Shown one piece after another: positions 60,139-64,000 of a stretch of DNA of 64,000 bases. The notes beneath the pieces were generated by a model. That model did not search any database and was not told where the DNA came from. It saw nothing but the letters and a program-made list of their open reading frames with translations. Position 1 is the first letter of the stretch; each line of letters opens with the position of its first letter. Origin of the DNA: Capsulimonadaceae bacterium. Its GTDB lineage: Bacteria; Armatimonadota; Armatimonadia; Armatimonadales; Capsulimonadaceae. Both the position numbers and the translations under genes were made by a program. Where the stretch lies: NCBI GenBank assembly GCA_965215505.1, contig OZ244065.1, positions 3,584,001 through 3,648,000 on the forward strand, written 5' to 3'.

Positions 60139-60948
60139 ATGAAGCGAACGGACGACCATTCGCGCGCCTTCACGCTGATCGAGCTGCTCGTCGTCATCGC
60201 CATCATCGCGATCCTCGCCGCCCTGCTGTTCCCGACGTTCTCTAAAGTCCGAGAGAACGCGCGGCGGGCGACCTGCGCCTCGAACCAGCGTCAGATCGGG
60301 ATGGCGATCATGCAGTACGTCCAGGACACCGACGAGCAGTTCCCGTGGTCCTACAGCGTGGACAGCGGGCAGATGGTGACCTGGCCGGATGAGATCGGCG
60401 GCTACGTCGGGAAGAACGCCATTGGGGGCCTGAGCGGGGGGCTGAACTGTCCTGACTCGGGGGTGATCGGCCAGACCTACGCGACGAACGGCCAGATCGT
60501 CGGCCTGCTGGACACATCGGATAAGACGCCGGCCCTGGGCTTCTACAACACCGTCATCGGCCTGCCCCGGATCACGTCGCCGAGTTCCATCATCCTGCTG
60601 ACCGACGCCAACGCGAACACCAGCCAGGTCCTGGGGCGCTCGGCGATGGAGGTGGCCTACCCGCACGCCGCCGACAGCCGCGACCATACGAACGAGGAAT
60701 GGGACCACCCGTGGCTCGGCGTCGGCTGGGCCAACAACAAGCAGGTGGCCTGGCGGCACGCGGGCGGTGCGAGCTTCCTCTATGCCGACGGCCACGTCAA
60801 ATACGCCAAGCGCGGGACGATCCGCGACGAGAACTGGGACGTGCGCTGCACCTATGGGGCGGCCTGCGCGGGTGCCCCCGGCTCGCCGACCTACCCCGCC
60901 CCGGACGGGACGTGCGGCGACCAGTCGCCGATTAACTGCGTGCCGTAG
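60139..60948 (+). CDS. DUF1559 prepilin-type protein with H-X9-DG motif
   Basis: [14 protein letters not shown] and [16 protein letters not shown] motifs. Confidence 0.88.
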   Translation: MKRTDDHSRAFTLIELLVVIAIIAILAALLFPTFSKVRENARRATCASNQRQIGMAIMQYVQDTDEQFPWSYSVDSGQMVTWPDEIGGYVGKNAIGGLSGGLNCPDSGVIGQTYATNGQIVGLLDTSDKTPALGFYNTVIGLPRITSPSSIILLTDANANTSQVLGRSAMEVAYPHAADSRDHTNEEWDHPWLGVGWANNKQVAWRHAGGASFLYADGHVKYAKRGTIRDENWDVRCTYGAACAGAPGSPTYPAPDGTCGDQSPINCVP

Positions 60949-60999
60949 GGGCTAGGGCCGGGCCTGGATAGGCCGAGGCGACAGTCAGGCCGAGGATAG

Positions 61000-61174
61000 G
61001 ACGAGTGATTGAAATCACTCGCTGCCGCCGGATTTGTCCAAGGGACAAGGGAGCGGAGCAGAGGGACAGGACCGGCCTCCTCTGACTCGTCCCTCTTGTG
61101 TCCTCCCTCTTGCGTCCTTCCCCTCTTCTGTCCCCTGGACAGGTCCCCATCAGCGAGTGATTTTAATCACTCGT
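61000..61174. repeat. REPIN-like element, same family as 5462-5628
   Basis: GACGAGTGATTGAAATCACTCGCTG ... CAGCGAGTGATTTTAATCACTCGTC. Confidence 0.8.
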
Positions 61175-61187
61175 CCCCCTCCCCGTG

Positions 61188-61793
61188 CTATCGTGCTATC
61201 AGAGCCTCCAGATGCGCCCGGACGGCGGGCCACTCGGGGGCGATGACGCTGTACATCACCGTGTCGCGGACGAAGCCGTCCGGCATGACCATGTGGGCGC
61301 GCAGGACTCCCTCGCGCCGCGCCCCGATGCGCGCGATGGCGGCCTGGGAGCGCGTGTTGCGCGCGTCGGTCTTGATCTGGACGCGGTGGCAGCCCAGCGA
61401 CTCGAAGCAGTGGCCCAGCAGCAGGAACTTCGCCTCGGTGTTCAGCGCGGTCCGCTGGTAGGGCCGGCCCAGCCAGGTGCGCCCGATCTCCAGCCGCCGG
61501 TGCAGGGCCGAAATGTCGTACAGGCTGGTGGAGCCGGCGGCCCGGCCCGTGGCCGCCTCCACGACGGCGAAGGCCAGCCCCTCCCCGCGCTCCTGCTCCT
61601 CCAAAGCCTCTTCCAGCCAGAGGCGCAGGGCGTCCGGCCTCCCCATGTCCCCGAAGCTCATGTACCGCCAGAGGTTCCGGTCGGCGCAGAAGGGGGTCAG
61701 GTCGCCCAGGTGCCGGGCGGCCAGCGGCTCCAGCCGGACGTGACGCCCGGCCAGGGTGACGGGACGGACGGCGAACGCGGGCGGGGCACTCAC
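61188..61793 (-). CDS. GNAT family acetyltransferase (RimJ/RimL-like)
   Basis: EIGRTW, NTEAKFLLL, TDARNTRS and RDTVMYS motifs. Confidence 0.88.
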   Translation of the reverse strand: MSAPPAFAVRPVTLAGRHVRLEPLAARHLGDLTPFCADRNLWRYMSFGDMGRPDALRLWLEEALEEQERGEGLAFAVVEAATGRAAGSTSLYDISALHRRLEIGRTWLGRPYQRTALNTEAKFLLLGHCFESLGCHRVQIKTDARNTRSQAAIARIGARREGVLRAHMVMPDGFVRDTVMYSVIAPEWPAVRAHLEALIAR

Positions 61794-62302
61794 CGGTGGC
61801 TCTCCTGGACCAGGTTCTTCGCCGCGTCCAGGGCCAGCAGATACCCATACGGCCCCAGCCCGACGATCTGGCCCGTGGAAACCGGCGAGACGACGGAATG
61901 GCGGCGGAACTCCTCGCGGGCGTGGACGTTCGACAGGTGGACCTCGATGGTCGGCAGGCGCGAGTCGGCGATGGCGTCCCGGATGGCGTAGGAGTAGTGG
62001 GTGTACGCGCCGGGGTTGATGACGATGGCGGACGCCCAGCCCATCGCCTCCTGCACGAAGTCAACGATCGCGCCTTCCGAATTGGACTGTTGGATGCGGA
62101 CCTCCACGCCTAATACTTTCGCGTGGGCCTCGATCTTCTTGTTGACCGATTCGAACGTGTCCTTGCCGTAGATGTCCGGGTCGCGGACGCCGAGCATGTT
62201 GAGGTTGGGGCCGTGGATCAGCGCGATGCGGATCAGGGCGGTGCGGGTGAGCTGCACGGTGGTCTCCAGTGCGGGAGGGTCATTACTGCTTGGGGGTGTC
62301 AC
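61790..62302 (-). CDS. aroQ: type II 3-dehydroquinate dehydratase
   Basis: HGPNLNMLGVRDPDIYG, INPGAYTHYS and EVHLSNVHAREEFR motifs. Confidence 0.95.
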   Translation of the reverse strand: MTPPSSNDPPALETTVQLTRTALIRIALIHGPNLNMLGVRDPDIYGKDTFESVNKKIEAHAKVLGVEVRIQQSNSEGAIVDFVQEAMGWASAIVINPGAYTHYSYAIRDAIADSRLPTIEVHLSNVHAREEFRRHSVVSPVSTGQIVGLGPYGYLLALDAAKNLVQESHR

Positions 62303-62326
62303 TTTCTACTCGTCATCTTCTATCTG

Positions 62327-62503
62327 TCACTTGCTGCCCGGAATCGTCGCCTCCTCGGGCAGCAGGATCGGGATGCCGTCGCGGATCGGGTAGACGCGCC
62401 CGCACTGGTCGCAGACGAGGGTTTCGCCCTCCTGCCGCAGCGGCGGGCGGTCGTCGTCGGCGGGGCAGGCGAGGACGGCTAAAAACTTCGGGTCGAGGGG
62501 CAT
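62327..62503 (-). CDS. Trm112 family protein (58 aa, below the ORF-track cutoff)
   Basis: MPLDPKFLAVLACPADDDRPPLRQEGETLVCDQCGRVYPIRDGIPILLPEEA. Confidence 0.85.
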   Translation of the reverse strand: MPLDPKFLAVLACPADDDRPPLRQEGETLVCDQCGRVYPIRDGIPILLPEEATIPGSK

Positions 62504-62515
62504 GGGGATGGTCCT

Positions 62516-62989
62516 TTAGATGATCTGGAAACAGCGGTCGAGGAACTTCAGCATGTTAACCATGCCGCGCCCGTCGAACTGAAGATTGAGGAATTGATAG
62601 TCAGCCGGCGCGACCACGCCCCCCGGCACCTGCCAGGGATACTCGGGGTTCGGCCCGTCACTTGCGATGGATGGCGCTTCCTCGATGAGCCTCGCCTGCG
62701 GCAGAAGCGAGGCGATGTAGGCGTCGACCTGACTGGGGCCACAATGACAGGCCTGCCGCAACTGATTGCTGCTCCGCACCGAGCGCAGGAACCCGACAAA
62801 TGCCCGATGCACTTTTGGGGGCTGAGGCCCACCCGGTGCCGTGGCAAACCCCTTGCCGAGTTTCTCTGTCGCCATCTGCAAGAAGTGCAACTGGTGACAG
62901 AAGGGTGCCTGGTGGCTACGCAGGAATTGCAGCATCTCGAAGTCCGAACGCGCCTGCACGAGCAAGGCGTCTCGCCAGTCCATTGGCAT
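62516..62989 (-). CDS. HEPN-like hypothetical protein
   Basis: QARSDF...LHFLQMATEKLGKG...PEYPW resembles HEPN helices. Confidence 0.55.
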   Translation of the reverse strand: MPMDWRDALLVQARSDFEMLQFLRSHQAPFCHQLHFLQMATEKLGKGFATAPGGPQPPKVHRAFVGFLRSVRSSNQLRQACHCGPSQVDAYIASLLPQARLIEEAPSIASDGPNPEYPWQVPGGVVAPADYQFLNLQFDGRGMVNMLKFLDRCFQII

Positions 62990-63002
62990 GGCAGTTGTAT
63001 CC

Positions 63003-63701
63003 TTATCCCTTTGGCCGGAGTTGTACGGCCGTTTCCCACGATCCCCAGTCGGGCGGCGGCGGCAGGACGACTTTTTCCTCCGGGCGCATCACCACAATCG
63101 CGGAGGGATAGGCAACGCCGCCTTGCGGGAAAGCGTTGAAATAGTAGGGGACCATCTCCTCACTCGGAATCGTGACCGGATCGAGCAGCACCAGCCGGAT
63201 AGTGTCTTCCGCCGGGAACAGATAGATGCCTACCAGGTCAGGCGAAACCTCCATGTTGTAGTCGGCGAGCTTCCGGGCGGCGTCATAAATGCTCTCCGTG
63301 TTCGTCATGCTTTCTTGAACGACTGTCATCTTAATGTACTCCTCGCATACCACCGAATGTTGTGCCACCGAATGTTGTTCCCTAATTTGTTCTCCCGGCC
63401 ACAACCGCCGCGCGTCTTCCCACGTTCCCCAGCCGGGCGGCGCGAGGTGTTCCTTCTCCTCGGGCCGGATCAATACCACCGCGTAAGGGTAAGGGATGCC
63501 TCCCTGTGGATAAGGCCCGAAAGAGAAAGCGGCCATCTTCTCACTCGGAAGTGTGATCGGGTCGAGCATGACCAGCCGGATGATGTCTTCCGCCGGGAAC
63601 CAGTAGATCGCCTCCAAATCCGGTGCGTTCTGTATGTTGCCGTCCGCCAGCCGTTGAGCCGCTTCCCTAATGCTTCCGACACCTTCCTGAGCGACCGTCA
63701 C
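63003..63701 (-). CDS. hypothetical protein made of two tandem homologous ~105-aa units (second unit has its own RBS and ATG at 63329)
   Basis: both units contain PDL..IY.FPAED.IRLV.LDP.T.PSE and PQGG..YP.A.V..RPEEK...WG.WE.A. Confidence 0.7.
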   Translation of the reverse strand: MTVAQEGVGSIREAAQRLADGNIQNAPDLEAIYWFPAEDIIRLVMLDPITLPSEKMAAFSFGPYPQGGIPYPYAVVLIRPEEKEHLAPPGWGTWEDARRLWPGEQIREQHSVAQHSVVCEEYIKMTVVQESMTNTESIYDAARKLADYNMEVSPDLVGIYLFPAEDTIRLVLLDPVTIPSEEMVPYYFNAFPQGGVAYPSAIVVMRPEEKVVLPPPPDWGSWETAVQLRPKG

Positions 63702-64000
63702 CTGACACACTCCTCGTAAATCTCCAGAGTCTCGCGGGCGGCTTTCTCCCACGAGAACAGGGCGGCGCGGGCCGGGCCGCGCTCGCGCCAGCGGGCGAGG
63801 ATCGGCGGCGCGGACAGCAGCTTGCCCAGGGCGCGCGCCCAGGCGTCCGAGTCGTCGGGGGGCAGCAGTATCCCCGCATCGCCGACCACTTCGGGCAGGG
63901 ACGACGACCGGCTGCACAGGACGGGACAGCCGCAGGCCAGGGCCTCCAGCGGCGGGAGGCCGAAGCCCTCGTAGCGCGACGGGTAGCACAGGGCCTCCGC
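63698..64000 (-). CDS. glycosyltransferase family 4, 3' end (truncated by the window)
   Basis: [22 protein letters not shown]...SLPEVVGDA...FSWEKAA. Confidence 0.9.
   Translation of the reverse strand, partial: AEALCYPSRYEGFGLPPLEALACGCPVLCSRSSSLPEVVGDAGILLPPDDSDAWARALGKLLSAPPILARWRERGPARAALFSWEKAARETLEIYEECVR

Noticed and set aside
63505-63513. Single canonical DnaA box TGTGGATAA
   Set aside because: Isolated, inside a coding region and 18 kb from dnaA; consistent with chance.

Overview
High-GC bacterial chromosomal window. An Armatimonadota-like origin is inferred from three DUF1559/H-X9-DG prepilin-type genes, a PEP-CTERM protein and two large STAND-ATPase/TPR regulators. It contains the dnaA-(oriC)-recF-dciA locus with no dnaN. 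The main result is the dnaA-recF intergenic region. It has oriC architecture (tandem boxes, DnaA-trios, AT-rich tract) but no canonical TTATNCACA box. Instead it has about 19 copies of TGAGTCACA/TGTGTCACA-type 9-mers and 19 GANTC sites, next to a DnaA whose recognition helix is altered (GLKSHTAIVH vs GGRDHTTVLH). Other notable items are a tRNA-Leu(UAA) split by a 253-nt group I intron at position 33/34, an AAA-ATPase + DUF4276 pair, a frameshifted HigB beside an intact HigA, and a tandem-duplicated gene fused upstream of a HEPN-like gene. There is also a 14-bp x ~14 tandem array just upstream of comEC, several REP/REPIN-like families, and many small tandem duplications and internal deletions. 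The remainder is housekeeping, redox/stress and carbohydrate-utilisation genes. All family calls come from motif recognition by eye; no database search was run.
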